NCBI GenBank assembly: GCA_963667785.2 | Contig: CAXXMU010000001.1 | Coordinates: 512,001-576,000, forward strand | Direction: 5' to 3' | Origin: Alphaproteobacteria bacterium | GTDB taxonomy: Bacteria > Pseudomonadota > Alphaproteobacteria > UBA828 | DNA length: 64,000 bases | Position numbers and translations under genes: made by a program | The notes under the pieces: model-generated | The model's input: only the letters and a program-made list of their open reading frames with translations | What the model was told of the DNA's origin: nothing | Databases searched by the model: none | Shown here: piece by piece, positions 50,674 through 60,796 of the stretch | How positions within the stretch are numbered: the stretch's first letter is position 1 | Layout: every line of letters starts with the position of its first letter

Positions 50674-52272
50674 CTAGCGGACCCGGGGCAGCTCCTCGTG
50701 GGTGTGGAACGGCGCCGGCGAGGGCACCGTCCATTCCAGGGTCCTCGCGCCCTCGCCCCACGGGTTGGCGGCGCACTTCTTACCCCAGAACAGCGTGTAG
50801 ATGAGGATGTAGATGAACAGGATCAGCCCGGCGGTCGAGATGTAGGCGCCGATCGAGGAGATCAGGTTCCAGCCGGCGTAGGCGTCCGGATAGTCGGGGA
50901 TGCGGCGCGGCATGCCGGAGACGCCGGAGAAGTGCATCGGGAAGAAGGTGAGGTTCACGCCGACAAAAGTGATCCAGAAGTGAATCTTGCCGAGGATCTC
51001 CGGATACTGCCGGCCGCACATCTTGCCGATCCAGTAGTAGAAGGCGCCGAACGCCATGAACACCGCACCCAGTGAGAGCACGTAGTGGAAGTGCCCGACC
51101 ACGTAGTAGGTGTCGTGGAGCGCGCTATCCAGCCCCGCGTTGGCGAGCACGACGCCCGTCACCCCGCCGACGGTGAACAGGAAGATGAAGCCGAAGGCCC
51201 ACAGCATCGGCGTCTTGAACTCGATCGAGCCGCCCCACATGGTGGCGATCCAGCTGAAGATCTTGATGCCCGTCGGCACCGCGATGACCATCGTCGCACC
51301 GATGAAGTACGCCCGCGTATCGACGTCCATGCCCACCGTGAACATGTGGTGCGCCCACACGACGAAGCCGATGAATCCGATGGCGACCATCGCGTAGGCC
51401 ATGCCGAGATAGCCGAAGACCGGCTTCTTCGAGAAGGTGGAGACGATATGGCTCACGATCCCGAAGGCCGGCAGGATCAGGATGTAGACCTCCGGGTGGC
51501 CGAAGAACCAGAAGAGATGCTGGTAGAGGATCGGATCGCCGCCGCCGGCCGCGTCGAAGAAGGCAGTGCCGAAGTTGCGGTCCGTCAGCAGCATCGTGAT
51601 GGCGCCCGCCAGCACCGGCAGCGAGAGCAGCAGCAGGAAGGCGGTCACCAGCACCGACCAGACGAAGAGCGGCAGCTTGTGCATCGTCATGCCCGGCGCG
51701 CGCATGTTCAGAATCGTGGTGATGAAATTGATGGCGCCGAGGATCGACGACGCGCCCGCGAGATGGAGCGCGAAGATGCCGAGGTCCATGGCCGGGCCCA
51801 CATGGCCCGAGGTGGATAGCGGCGCGTAGACCGTCCAGCCCGCTCCAACGCCCGGTCCAGGCCCCCCGTCCACGAACATCGAGGTCACCAGCAGCCCGCC
51901 GGATGGCACCAGCAGCCAGAAGCTGATGTTGTTCATGCGCGGGAAGGCCATGTCCGGCGCGCCGATCATCAGCGGCACGAACCAGTTGCCGAAGCCGCCG
52001 ATGAAGGCGGGCATGATCATGAAGAACACCATGATCAGCCCGTGGCCGGTCACGAAGACGTTGAAGGTGTGCGAATCGGCAAAGATCTGCATGCCGGGCT
52101 CGGCCAGCTCCATCCGCATGAAGATGGAAAGCACCGCGCCCACGATGCCGAACACCACCGCGTAGGCGATGTACATCGTGCCGATGTCTTTGTGGTTGGT
52201 GGAGTAGAGCCACCGCGTGATGCCCCGCGGCATGTGGTCGTGCGCTGCGTGGGCGTGGGCCTGGTCCGCCAT
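50674..52272 (-). CDS. ctaD: Cytochrome c oxidase subunit I (aa3, A1 type)
   Basis: [30 protein letters not shown]. Confidence 0.98.
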   Translation of the reverse strand: MADQAHAHAAHDHMPRGITRWLYSTNHKDIGTMYIAYAVVFGIVGAVLSIFMRMELAEPGMQIFADSHTFNVFVTGHGLIMVFFMIMPAFIGGFGNWFVPLMIGAPDMAFPRMNNISFWLLVPSGGLLVTSMFVDGGPGPGVGAGWTVYAPLSTSGHVGPAMDLGIFALHLAGASSILGAINFITTILNMRAPGMTMHKLPLFVWSVLVTAFLLLLSLPVLAGAITMLLTDRNFGTAFFDAAGGGDPILYQHLFWFFGHPEVYILILPAFGIVSHIVSTFSKKPVFGYLGMAYAMVAIGFIGFVVWAHHMFTVGMDVDTRAYFIGATMVIAVPTGIKIFSWIATMWGGSIEFKTPMLWAFGFIFLFTVGGVTGVVLANAGLDSALHDTYYVVGHFHYVLSLGAVFMAFGAFYYWIGKMCGRQYPEILGKIHFWITFVGVNLTFFPMHFSGVSGMPRRIPDYPDAYAGWNLISSIGAYISTAGLILFIYILIYTLFWGKKCAANPWGEGARTLEWTVPSPAPFHTHEELPRVR

Positions 52273-52287
52273 GGCCTCTCTCCTTCC

Positions 52288-53139
52288 TCAGCGCGCCGAA
52301 AGCGCGCCCGCGTCGAGCGCCGCAACCGCGGTCGGGGCCTCGTCCGCCGCTGCGTATTCTTCTTGCGCCTCTACGACCCAGGCGTCGAAGTCCTCCTGCG
52401 ACACCGCCTCGATCATGATCGGCATGAAGCCGTGCAGGGTGCCGCAGAGCTCCGAGCACTGCCCGTAATACATGCCCTCGCGGTTGATCTGGAACCAGGT
52501 CTCGTTGACCCGGCCGGGCACGGAATCCATCTTCACGCCGAGCGCCGGCACCGCCCAGGAGTGGATCACGTCGTCGGCCGTCGTCAGCAGCCTGATCTTG
52601 GCGCCCACCGGCAGCACCACCGCCGTGTCGGTCGCCAGCAGGCGGGGCTGGCCCTCCTCCAGCTCGTCGTCCTCCAGCATGATCGCGTCGAAGGTGAAGT
52701 CGCCGTGATCGGGATACTCGTAGGACCAGTACCACTGGTGGCCGATCGCCTTGAGCGTCATGTCGGCCACCTCCACCCTGTCGGTGAAGTAGAGGAGCCG
52801 GAACGAGGGGACCGCGATGACGAGCAGGATGATCACCGGCACCACGGTCCAGGTCACCTCGAGCAGGGTGTTGTGGGTGGTCTTCGACGGCGTCGGGTTC
52901 CGCTTCTTGTTGTAGCGGACCACGATCCACGCCATCAGGCCCAGGACGAAGGCCGAGATGATCACGATGATGATCGTCACCATGAGGTTGAAGTCGACGA
53001 TACGCTCCATGGAGGGCGAGAGCGCCTCCTGAAAGTCGACTTCCCAGTCGGCCGGCTGCTGCGCCACCGCCGTTGCGGCAGCCCCGAGGGCGCCCGCCAG
53101 GCCGGCAAGCGCCGCGCCAACTATTGCGAGATGCCTCAC
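52288..53139 (-). CDS. coxB: Cytochrome c oxidase subunit II
   Basis: GHQWYWSYEY, DVIHSW, CuA motif CSELCGTLHGFM; GTG start inferred. Confidence 0.96.
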   Translation of the reverse strand: MRHLAIVGAALAGLAGALGAAATAVAQQPADWEVDFQEALSPSMERIVDFNLMVTIIIVIISAFVLGLMAWIVVRYNKKRNPTPSKTTHNTLLEVTWTVVPVIILLVIAVPSFRLLYFTDRVEVADMTLKAIGHQWYWSYEYPDHGDFTFDAIMLEDDELEEGQPRLLATDTAVVLPVGAKIRLLTTADDVIHSWAVPALGVKMDSVPGRVNETWFQINREGMYYGQCSELCGTLHGFMPIMIEAVSQEDFDAWVVEAQEEYAAADEAPTAVAALDAGALSAR

Positions 53140-53419
53140 TCTGATCCTCCACTCGCTCGACGGAAGTCGCCCGTTCGCCCACCCGTGCCGGTGCCACGCC
53201 TGCGCTCGGCAGGCCTGGACCTCGGGCGGCCCGGACCCCACATACGAGACGCAACGGCGCGGCCGTCGCCGCGCCGCCGGCTGCAAACGGGACCGGCGAG
53301 GGTCCTACCATGCGGCCTGCCGTTTTTGAAGCCCTCATTGACGGCGGGCGGCGCTCTCGACGATCCTTGGCGCGGTCCAGGCCGGCGCGGAGACGCGCGA
53401 GCAGCGAAGGGCGAACCGG

Positions 53420-54853
53420 ATGAGCCGCGAATCGATCAGCGACGAGATCTTCTTCAACCGCGCCGGCCTCGACCGGCCACGCACCGAAAGGGTCGTCTCG
53501 GACGCGCTGGATGGCGCCGACGACGGCGAGCTCTTCCTGGAATATCGCCAGAGCGAGGGTTTCTCCTTCGACGACGGCCGCCTCAAGAGCGCGAGCTTCG
53601 ACACGAGCCAGGGCTTCGGCCTGCGTGCGGTCTCCGGCGAGACCACGGCCTTCGCCCATGCCGGCGAGCTTGGCGAGGACGCGCTGAAGCGGGCCGCGGA
53701 CAGCGTGCGCGCGGTGCGGCGCGGCCATGGCGGCAGCGTGGCCGAGGGGCCGTCGCAGACCAACCGCTCGCTCTATGTCGCGGACAATCCGCTCGACGGC
53801 ACGCCGTTCGACGCCAAGGTCTCGCTGCTGGCGGAGATCGACGCCTATGCCCGCCGGAAGGAGCCCCGCGTGCGCCAGGTGATGGCCTCGCTGCTCGGCG
53901 AATGGCAGGTGGTGCAGATCATCCGCGCCGACGGCAGCCGCGCCAGCGACGTGCGCCCGCTCGTGCGCCTCAACGTCTCGGTCATGGTCGGCGCCGGCGA
54001 GCGTCAGGAAACCGGCTCGCACGGGGTCGGCGGGCGCGCCGCCTACGATGCGTTCCTCGCGCCCGAGCGCTGGCAGGCGCAGGTGGACGAGGCGCTGCGC
54101 CAGGCGCTGGTCAACCTCGAATCGGTCGCGACGCCCGCCGGCGAGATGCCGGTCGTGCTCGGCCCCGGCTGGCCCGGCATCCTGCTCCACGAGGCAATCG
54201 GCCACGGCCTCGAAGGCGACTTCAACCGCAAGAAGACCAGCGCGTTCTCGGGTCTTCTCGGCGAGCGGGTGGCCTCGCCAGGGGTGACCGTGGTGGACGA
54301 CGGGACCATCGACGATCGCCGCGGCTCGCTCACCGTCGACGACGAGGGCACGCCCACCGGGCGGACCGTGCTGATCGAGGACGGGATCCTGCGCGGCTAC
54401 CTGCAGGACCGCATGAACGCGCGCCTCATGGGCATGGAGCCCACGGGCAACGGCCGCCGGCAGAGCTTCGCCCATGCGCCCATGCCGCGCATGACCAACA
54501 CCTTCATGCTCGACGGTGCCGACGAGCCGGCGGAGATCATCGGCAGGGTCGCCAAGGGCATCTACGCCAAGAACTTCAGCGGCGGCCAGGTGGACATCAC
54601 GTCGGGCAAGTTCGTGTTCTCGGCCGCCGAGGCCTATCTGATCGAGGACGGCAAGACCACCGCGCCACTCAAGGGCGCAAGCCTGATCGGCAACGGCCCC
54701 GACGTGCTCACCCGGGTCGCGGCCATCGGCAACGACTTCGCGCTCGACACCGGCATCGGCACCTGCGGCAAGGCGGGCCAGGGCGTGCCGGTGGGCGTCG
54801 GCCTGCCGACGCTGCTGGTCGATCCCATCACCGTGGGCGGCACCGACACTTAA
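53420..54853 (+). CDS. tldD: Metalloprotease TldD
   Basis: HEAIGHGLEGDFNRK, DDEGTP, TGNGRRQ, PRMTNT, CGKAGQGVPVGVG. Confidence 0.96.
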   Translation: MSRESISDEIFFNRAGLDRPRTERVVSDALDGADDGELFLEYRQSEGFSFDDGRLKSASFDTSQGFGLRAVSGETTAFAHAGELGEDALKRAADSVRAVRRGHGGSVAEGPSQTNRSLYVADNPLDGTPFDAKVSLLAEIDAYARRKEPRVRQVMASLLGEWQVVQIIRADGSRASDVRPLVRLNVSVMVGAGERQETGSHGVGGRAAYDAFLAPERWQAQVDEALRQALVNLESVATPAGEMPVVLGPGWPGILLHEAIGHGLEGDFNRKKTSAFSGLLGERVASPGVTVVDDGTIDDRRGSLTVDDEGTPTGRTVLIEDGILRGYLQDRMNARLMGMEPTGNGRRQSFAHAPMPRMTNTFMLDGADEPAEIIGRVAKGIYAKNFSGGQVDITSGKFVFSAAEAYLIEDGKTTAPLKGASLIGNGPDVLTRVAAIGNDFALDTGIGTCGKAGQGVPVGVGLPTLLVDPITVGGTDT

Positions 54854-54858
54854 GTCTC

Positions 54859-55021
54859 TTCCCTCGACGGCGGGCGCTCGCTCCGCTCGCCCCCGCGCGC
54901 GTATCCGCGCGACGCTCGCTTGCCTACGCGCCTTCGCGCATCGTGCGCTTGCACACGTGGGCGTGCGACGCGCGGTCGCGCCGTCCGGGCCTGACGGCCC
55001 GGTTCCCTCGACGGCGGGCGC
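54859..55021. repeat. 19-bp direct repeats bracketing a ~125-bp GC-rich spacer
   Basis: TTCCCTCGACGGCGGGCGC at 54859-54877 and 55003-55021. Confidence 0.75.
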
Positions 55022-55041
55022 CTTGCGTCGCTGCCTTTTCT

Positions 55042-55087
55042 CCCTCTCCTCCCCGGCGGTGAGGAGAGGGCCGGGGTGAGGAGGGGG
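55042..55087. repeat. REP-like hairpin of the CCCTCTCC...GGAGAGGG type
   Basis: CCCTCTCCTC-9 nt-GAGGAGAGGG followed by CCGGGGTGAGG, between convergent tldD and xseA. Confidence 0.65.
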
Positions 55088-55093
55088 CTATTC

Positions 55094-56575
55094 CTAGAGC
55101 AACGGCGCCTGTCCGCCCTCGTCGCTCTCGGGCCCCTTCTTGCGGGGCCTCGCGCGGCCGGCGGCCTGCGCAGCGGCACGCCCGTCCCGGAACTCGAGCG
55201 AGAGAGCGGCGCCGGGCTTGACGGCGGCGGCGCTGGTCACGGGCCGCTCGCGCCTGTCGCGCACCACAGCAAAGCCGCGCGCAAGCACGCCCCGGTAGGA
55301 ATAGCCCTCCAGCAGGCGCGCCGCGGTCTCGATCCGCATCGTTCGCTGGCGGAGCGCTGCCTGCATGGCGCGCTCCAACCGGCGGGAGAGCAGATACGTG
55401 GCCTCGCGGGCATGGCCGATTCGCTCCGCCAGGCGGTCGGCCGAGAGGCGGCCGGCTGCGTGGCCGAGCTGCTGGCGCTTGAGGGCGAGGAGCTGGCGCG
55501 GCCGGAGCGGCCGGAGGCGACCCACGGCCCGGCGCTCCCCGTCGAGCCGGCCGCGCACCCCGCGCCCGAGCCGTTCGGACCAGTCGTCGAGCCGCTGGCT
55601 CGCGGCAGCCAGCCTGTCGCGCGCCGCCGGCAGGCCGCGCCCGAGCCCGTCCACGCGCACCCGCCGCTCGGCGATCAGCCGGCGGAACGACGCGCCGAGC
55701 CGGTGTTCCAGGGTGCCCGTGCGCTCGAGCAGGTCGGCGCGCACCGGCACCGCCATCTCGGCGGCCGCCGTCGGCGTCGGCGCGCGGCGGTCGGCGGCGA
55801 GGTCGATCAGCGTCACGTCGGTCTCGTGCCCCACCGCCGATATCAGCGGGATCGCGCTCGCGGCCGCCGCGCGCACCACGGCCTCCTCGTTGAAGGCCCA
55901 GAGGTCCTCCAGGCTGCCGCCGCCGCGGGCGACGATCAGAACGTCCGGCCGCGGCACCGGCGCGCCCTCCTCGAGGCGATTGAAGCCCGCGATCGCCGCG
56001 GCGATCTCGTCTGCCGCGCCCGTGCCCTGGACGGTGACGGGCCAGACCAGCACCCGGCGGGGGAAGCGCTCTTCGACACGGTGCAGGATGTCGCTGATCA
56101 CGGCGCCCGTGGGCGAGGTGACCACGCCGATGGTCTCGGGCAGGAAGGGCAGGTCGCGCTTCCGCGCCTCGTCGAAGAGGCCCTCGGCGGCGAGCGCCTT
56201 CTTGCGCTCCTCCAGCAGCGCGAGCAGGGCGCCCGCGCCGGAAAGCTCCAGCCGCTCGACCACGATCTGATAGCGCGAGCGCCCCGGATAGGTGCTGATC
56301 TTGCCGGTGGCGACGACCTCGAGCCCGTCCTCGGGCACGGTCCCGAGGCGCCCGGCCACGCCGCGCCAGCAGACCGCGTCGAGGACCGCATCCGCGTCCT
56401 TGAGCGCGAAGTAGAGATGGCCCGACGCGGCGCGCTTGAAGCCCGAGACCTCGCCGCGCACGCTGACCCAGGCGAATTCGCCCTCGACCACGCGCTTCAG
56501 CGCGCGCGACAGCTCGCCGACCGTGAGGACCGGCCTGTTGCTGCCGTCAGCGGGGGTGCCGTCCGCCTCCGTCAT
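55094..56575 (-). CDS. xseA: Exodeoxyribonuclease VII large subunit
   Basis: SGHLYFALKD, GVVTSPTGAV, ARGGGSLEDL, SAVGHETD, APTPTAAAE. Confidence 0.96.
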   Translation of the reverse strand: MTEADGTPADGSNRPVLTVGELSRALKRVVEGEFAWVSVRGEVSGFKRAASGHLYFALKDADAVLDAVCWRGVAGRLGTVPEDGLEVVATGKISTYPGRSRYQIVVERLELSGAGALLALLEERKKALAAEGLFDEARKRDLPFLPETIGVVTSPTGAVISDILHRVEERFPRRVLVWPVTVQGTGAADEIAAAIAGFNRLEEGAPVPRPDVLIVARGGGSLEDLWAFNEEAVVRAAAASAIPLISAVGHETDVTLIDLAADRRAPTPTAAAEMAVPVRADLLERTGTLEHRLGASFRRLIAERRVRVDGLGRGLPAARDRLAAASQRLDDWSERLGRGVRGRLDGERRAVGRLRPLRPRQLLALKRQQLGHAAGRLSADRLAERIGHAREATYLLSRRLERAMQAALRQRTMRIETAARLLEGYSYRGVLARGFAVVRDRRERPVTSAAAVKPGAALSLEFRDGRAAAQAAGRARPRKKGPESDEGGQAPLL

Positions 56576-56599
56576 CGCTTGCAGGCACGCCGCCCGCCC

Positions 56600-57415
56600 T
56601 CAGGGAGCGAAGAAGGCGAGGGTGCGGGTCTCGATGCTCTGACGCGGGCGCGCGTCCGCCGGTGCGTCCGGGTGGGCGAACGCGGTGTGAGCGGTATACC
56701 GCGCCCGGCCGTCGTCGAGAGAATCGAATGTCTTGAAGACCAGCGCCTCGCCGGGGCCCATCTCGGGAAAGTAGAACCAGCGGTGGCCGGGATCGTGGCT
56801 GAGCTGCATCACCTCGCCGACGCGGTGCGTGTAGACCAGGTCGGTCAACACGAAGTCGCGCTCGTCGATGCTCCCGGCATCGCAGATCGCGAGCGGCATG
56901 TCCTGCACCGGGCCCGCGATCGGCCGCCACATCTGGACCACGGCGAAGCGGTGCTGCAGAAGCGCCTCGGCGCGCTCCGCCGGCAGCAGGTCGCGTACCC
57001 GCTGCGGCGCTGAGCGGGGGGTGTAGTCGTTGTGCGCCACGTGCACGGGCTCGCGCACCTTCCGCTCGCTCCGCAGCGTGTCGTCGGCGACGCGGATGGT
57101 GTGGTCGAAGACCAGCACCTCCGCGGCTCCGCTCGCCTGCTTCACGAGCCGCTCGACCTCCGGGCTGTAGACCGCCTCGATCTCGTCGTTGTCGTAGAAA
57201 TCCGAGACCGCGCTTCCCTCGGTGTTGAAGGTGAAGCCCTCGCGCTCCAGATCGAGGTCATCGGCCGTCGGCCGGGCGTCGCGGATCGTGACCTCGACCT
57301 CCCGGTACTCGGCGTTGCGCTGTGCCGGCTTGCTCCCCGGATTGGTCAGGTAGGTAACCGGCTTCGCGTCGGTCGGCAGGATGTAGTTGATCGGGGCGCG
57401 GACGGCTCCAGGCAT
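56600..57415 (-). CDS. CmcJ/NvfI-family oxidoreductase
   Basis: FDHTIR, HNDYT, WRPI, PLAICD, WFYFPEM, HTAF, RQSIETR. Confidence 0.85.
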   Translation of the reverse strand: MPGAVRAPINYILPTDAKPVTYLTNPGSKPAQRNAEYREVEVTIRDARPTADDLDLEREGFTFNTEGSAVSDFYDNDEIEAVYSPEVERLVKQASGAAEVLVFDHTIRVADDTLRSERKVREPVHVAHNDYTPRSAPQRVRDLLPAERAEALLQHRFAVVQMWRPIAGPVQDMPLAICDAGSIDERDFVLTDLVYTHRVGEVMQLSHDPGHRWFYFPEMGPGEALVFKTFDSLDDGRARYTAHTAFAHPDAPADARPRQSIETRTLAFFAP

Positions 57416-57555
57416 GGCGGCGTTCTCTCGGCTGAAGGGGTGTTGTGGCGGCGCAGCATAGACCGAAGCGCGGGCGACGGCGACCGCGCTCTTGCCCGGC
57501 GAGCGGGAGGCCGTAGACGGACTATGGTTACATGTAGCTCTGTGAAGTGGGATCA

Positions 57556-57792
57556 ATGGTGAGAACGTCCAGGACTTCGAGGGCGCCGAACGACAAGGTT
57601 CGCCGGCATCGCGCGCGATTGCCGGAGCGCGGGTTGCGTCCCCTGCAGATCGGGGTGCCCGACACGCGTGTACCAGGTTTCGCGGAGGAAGCCCGCAGAC
57701 AGTCGCTGGCGGTGGCCGGCAGCGAGCGCGCCGAGGCCGATCAGGCCTTCATCGACGCGGTCGGCGAGACCGACCTCGGCATTGCGGAATAG
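57556..57792 (+). CDS. DUF3018/MazE-like antitoxin, orphan and possibly decaying
   Basis: KVRRHRARL..RGLRPLQI.VPDTR..GFAEEARRQSLAVA...DQAFID; upstream near-palindrome GTTACATGTAGC (57527-38). Confidence 0.75.
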   Translation: MVRTSRTSRAPNDKVRRHRARLPERGLRPLQIGVPDTRVPGFAEEARRQSLAVAGSERAEADQAFIDAVGETDLGIAE

Positions 57793-57820
57793 GGCACCGG
57801 CCGAGCGCGCGTCCCGTCGC

Positions 57821-59842
57821 TCAGGCGGCGGCGATCTCCACCTCGACCCCGTGCACGCAGGTGCTCTCGCCCATGTCCGACTTGATGCCGGGGTTGAGGA
57901 CGTTGACGTTGGCGCGCGTGCCTTCCTGGCGTGGCCAGCGGCCCTTGGGGCTGAGCGCGACGCCTGGCGGAATCGTCTCGGCGACGGCGAGATCGAGCTC
58001 GAGGCTGCCGGTCTCGTTCGAGAGCCGCACCCGCTGCCCCTCCGTGAGGCCGCGACGGGCGGCGTCCTCGGGATGCAGCGTCACCGTCGCCTCGCCCATG
58101 CGGTCCGCGATCCTCCGGTCGTTGGCGTAGGAATCGTTCATCAGCCAGGGCGAGGCGGGCGTGAGCAGGCGCAGCCGGCCGCTCCCCGGCCTCGGGTCGG
58201 CGTCCGCCAGCGGCAGGCGCGGGTGGCCGTCGGCCTCGGCGCGGGCCGACGCGATCTCGACCTTGCCGCTCGGCGTCGGAAAGGCGAGGTCGGGGAACTG
58301 GACGATGGGCTCTGCCGTCGGGAAGACCGTGCCGACCTGCTTGAAGTCGTCGAAGGAGCCGGTCACCCCCACCTCGCCCATGATCCGGGCGATGATCTCG
58401 TCGTCGGGCTCGTAGAGTTCCGGCTCCGCAAAGCCCATGGCGCGGGCGAGGCGCCGAAAAATCTCCTGGTTGGGTAGCGATTCGCCCAGCGGCTCCTGCA
58501 GCTTCGCCTGGGCGGAGAAGGAGAGGTTGAAATAGCCCGAGACGAGGTCGTCGAACTCGAGGAAGGAGGCGGCCGGCAGGACGTAGTCCGCATAGTCCGC
58601 GGTGTCGGTCTGGAAGATGTCCACGACCACGGTAAAGAGGTCGTCCCGCATCAGGGCGCGCCGCAATCTTGCCTGCTCCGGGCTGGAGGCGGCCGGGTTG
58701 ATGTTCCAGCAGAGGAAGGCCCGGATGTCCGCCGGGTCTTCGAGCCGGGCCGCGAGCTCCATCTGGCTGAAGGTCGGCGGGCTCTGGCTGATCGCGGCGC
58801 CCGACAGATAATCGCCGTCCACGCCCTTGCGGCCGCCGCCGTTGAGGTAGAGCAGGCCCGCGCCGGGCTTGCCGAAGTTGCCGGTCACCGCCGGCAGCAG
58901 CGCGCAGGCCCGCACCACGTTGCCGCCCATCGCCTGGCGTTGCAGCCCCTGGCCGAGCCAGAGAAGGGCGGGGCCCGCGCCGTAGATGCGCGCGGCTTCC
59001 TCGATCGCGGCCGCCGGCACGCCCGTGCGCGCCTCGCCCCAGGCCGGTGTGCAGAGGGCGATGGCGGGCTCCAGCTCGTCCCAGCCGAGCGTGTGTGCCG
59101 CGAGGAACGCGCGGTCGATCAGCCCGTCCCGGACCAGCACGTGAACCATGGCGAAGGCGAGTGCGGCGTCGCTGCCGGGGAAGGGCTGCAGGTGGATGTC
59201 GGCCTGCTCGGCGGTGGGGTGGCGCACCGGGTCGACCACGATCACCGTCCCCGGCGCCTCCTTCAGCCAGTGCTTGTGCTGATGCGGCGCGGAGGCGGAC
59301 GGGTTCGCGCCCCAGACGACGATGGAGTTGGAGTCCTTCGCCGTGCGCGGGTCGAAGCCGATGACCGACGTGCCGATCGCGTAGTCGAGCGCGACATGGC
59401 CCGCCATGTTGCACACCGTGTCGGGCTCCACCTCGCGGGCGCCGAGGCGGCCGAGGAAGCGCATGGGGAAGTTGTTGGCGATCAGCGAGCAGGTGCCGGT
59501 GTAGTGAGCGTGCACGATCCTGTCGGCGCCGGGGCCTTCCGCGATGGCCCTGAAGCGCGCCGCGATATCGCCGATGGCCTCGTCCCACGAGACCGGCTCG
59601 AAGCGGCCTTCTCCCTTGACGCCTGCGCGCCGGAGCGGCGTGAGCAGCCTGGCGTCTGCGTCGCGGAAGACGCCGTTGTAGGCGAGCGCGCACTTGCCGC
59701 AGAGCGCGCCCCGGCTCACCGGGTGGTCCGGGTCGCCGAGGACGCGGGTGATCGCGCCGCCGCGCTTGATCGCGACGATGCCGCAGGCGTCGTAGCAATC
59801 GCGCGGGCAGGTGGTCTTGAGGACTTCCTTCTCGCCAGTCAT
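57821..59842 (-). CDS. Molybdopterin oxidoreductase (DMSO reductase superfamily) with N-terminal [4Fe-4S] site
   Basis: CPRDCYDAC...LCGK, WGANP, PGSDAALA, TDTADYADYVLPA, LHPEDAARRGL. Confidence 0.92.
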   Translation of the reverse strand: MTGEKEVLKTTCPRDCYDACGIVAIKRGGAITRVLGDPDHPVSRGALCGKCALAYNGVFRDADARLLTPLRRAGVKGEGRFEPVSWDEAIGDIAARFRAIAEGPGADRIVHAHYTGTCSLIANNFPMRFLGRLGAREVEPDTVCNMAGHVALDYAIGTSVIGFDPRTAKDSNSIVVWGANPSASAPHQHKHWLKEAPGTVIVVDPVRHPTAEQADIHLQPFPGSDAALAFAMVHVLVRDGLIDRAFLAAHTLGWDELEPAIALCTPAWGEARTGVPAAAIEEAARIYGAGPALLWLGQGLQRQAMGGNVVRACALLPAVTGNFGKPGAGLLYLNGGGRKGVDGDYLSGAAISQSPPTFSQMELAARLEDPADIRAFLCWNINPAASSPEQARLRRALMRDDLFTVVVDIFQTDTADYADYVLPAASFLEFDDLVSGYFNLSFSAQAKLQEPLGESLPNQEIFRRLARAMGFAEPELYEPDDEIIARIMGEVGVTGSFDDFKQVGTVFPTAEPIVQFPDLAFPTPSGKVEIASARAEADGHPRLPLADADPRPGSGRLRLLTPASPWLMNDSYANDRRIADRMGEATVTLHPEDAARRGLTEGQRVRLSNETGSLELDLAVAETIPPGVALSPKGRWPRQEGTRANVNVLNPGIKSDMGESTCVHGVEVEIAAA

Positions 59843-59946
59843 GGCGGCCTCCGGCGTCCGTTGTTCGCCGCCAACCTAGCGCGCCGCGCGCATCGCCGGA
59901 ACCCCGTGCTAACCTCCAACGCTTGGGGAGAGGGGGGCAAGCGACG

Positions 59947-60780
59947 ATGCGGACGGTGAGACTGCCGGGCGGCGACGAGGTGGCGGCCCTCGGCCAGGGC
60001 ACGTGGCGGATGGGCGAGCGCCGCAAGGCCTTCAAGGACGAGGTGGCGGCGCTGCGCCACGGCATCGCCAGCGGCATGACCCTCATCGACACGGCGGAGA
60101 TGTACGGCTCCGGCGGCGCCGAGCGGGTGGTGGGCGAGGCGATCCAGGGGCAGCGCGATGCCGTCTACCTGGTGAGCAAGGTGCTGCCGTCGAACGCCGG
60201 GCGCAGGCGCATGGCGCGCGCCTGCGAGAAGAGCCTGAAATGCCTCGGCACCGACCGTCTCGACCTCTACCTGCTGCACTGGCGCGGCGGCGTCTCCCTC
60301 GACGAGACCGTCGAAGGGCTGCTCGCGCTGCGCGACGCCGGCAAGATCCGCCACTTCGGGGTCAGCAACTTCGACACCGACGACATGGCGGAGCTGTGGC
60401 AGACGACGGGCGGCAAGGCCTGCCAGACCAACCAGATCCTCTACAACCTCTCGCGGCGCTGGCCGGAGGCATCGCTCATGGACTGGTCGAGGCGCCACGG
60501 CCAGCCGCTGATGATCTATTCGCCGCTGGAGCAGGGCCGGTTGTCGGAAGGCGGAGCTCTCGGCGCCATCGCCTCGGCGCGCGGCGTGACGGCGATGCAG
60601 GTGGCGCTCGCCTGGACGCTGCGCCACGCGGACACCTTCGTCGTGCCCAAGGCGAGCCGCATCGCCCACGTGGACGAGAACCTGGGCGCGCTCGAGATCG
60701 CGCTCTCGGACGACGAGCTTGCCGCCCTCGACAGGGAGTTCCCGCCGCCGGAAGGCGCCGCGCCGCTCGAGATTCTCTGA
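59947..60780 (+). CDS. Aldo/keto reductase
   Basis: LGQGTW, IDTAEMYG, LVSKV, LDLYLLHW, GVSNF, YSPL. Confidence 0.95.
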   Translation: MRTVRLPGGDEVAALGQGTWRMGERRKAFKDEVAALRHGIASGMTLIDTAEMYGSGGAERVVGEAIQGQRDAVYLVSKVLPSNAGRRRMARACEKSLKCLGTDRLDLYLLHWRGGVSLDETVEGLLALRDAGKIRHFGVSNFDTDDMAELWQTTGGKACQTNQILYNLSRRWPEASLMDWSRRHGQPLMIYSPLEQGRLSEGGALGAIASARGVTAMQVALAWTLRHADTFVVPKASRIAHVDENLGALEIALSDDELAALDREFPPPEGAAPLEIL

Positions 60781-60796
60781 GAGCGATGAGGCCGGG

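Noticed and set aside
51125-55062. Very long alternative-frame ORFs (1116 aa, 1006 aa; similar ones at 13177-15624, 20847-23555, 33100-35658)
   Set aside because: Arg/Ala/Gly/Pro-rich shadow frames over well-supported genes, expected in very GC-rich DNA
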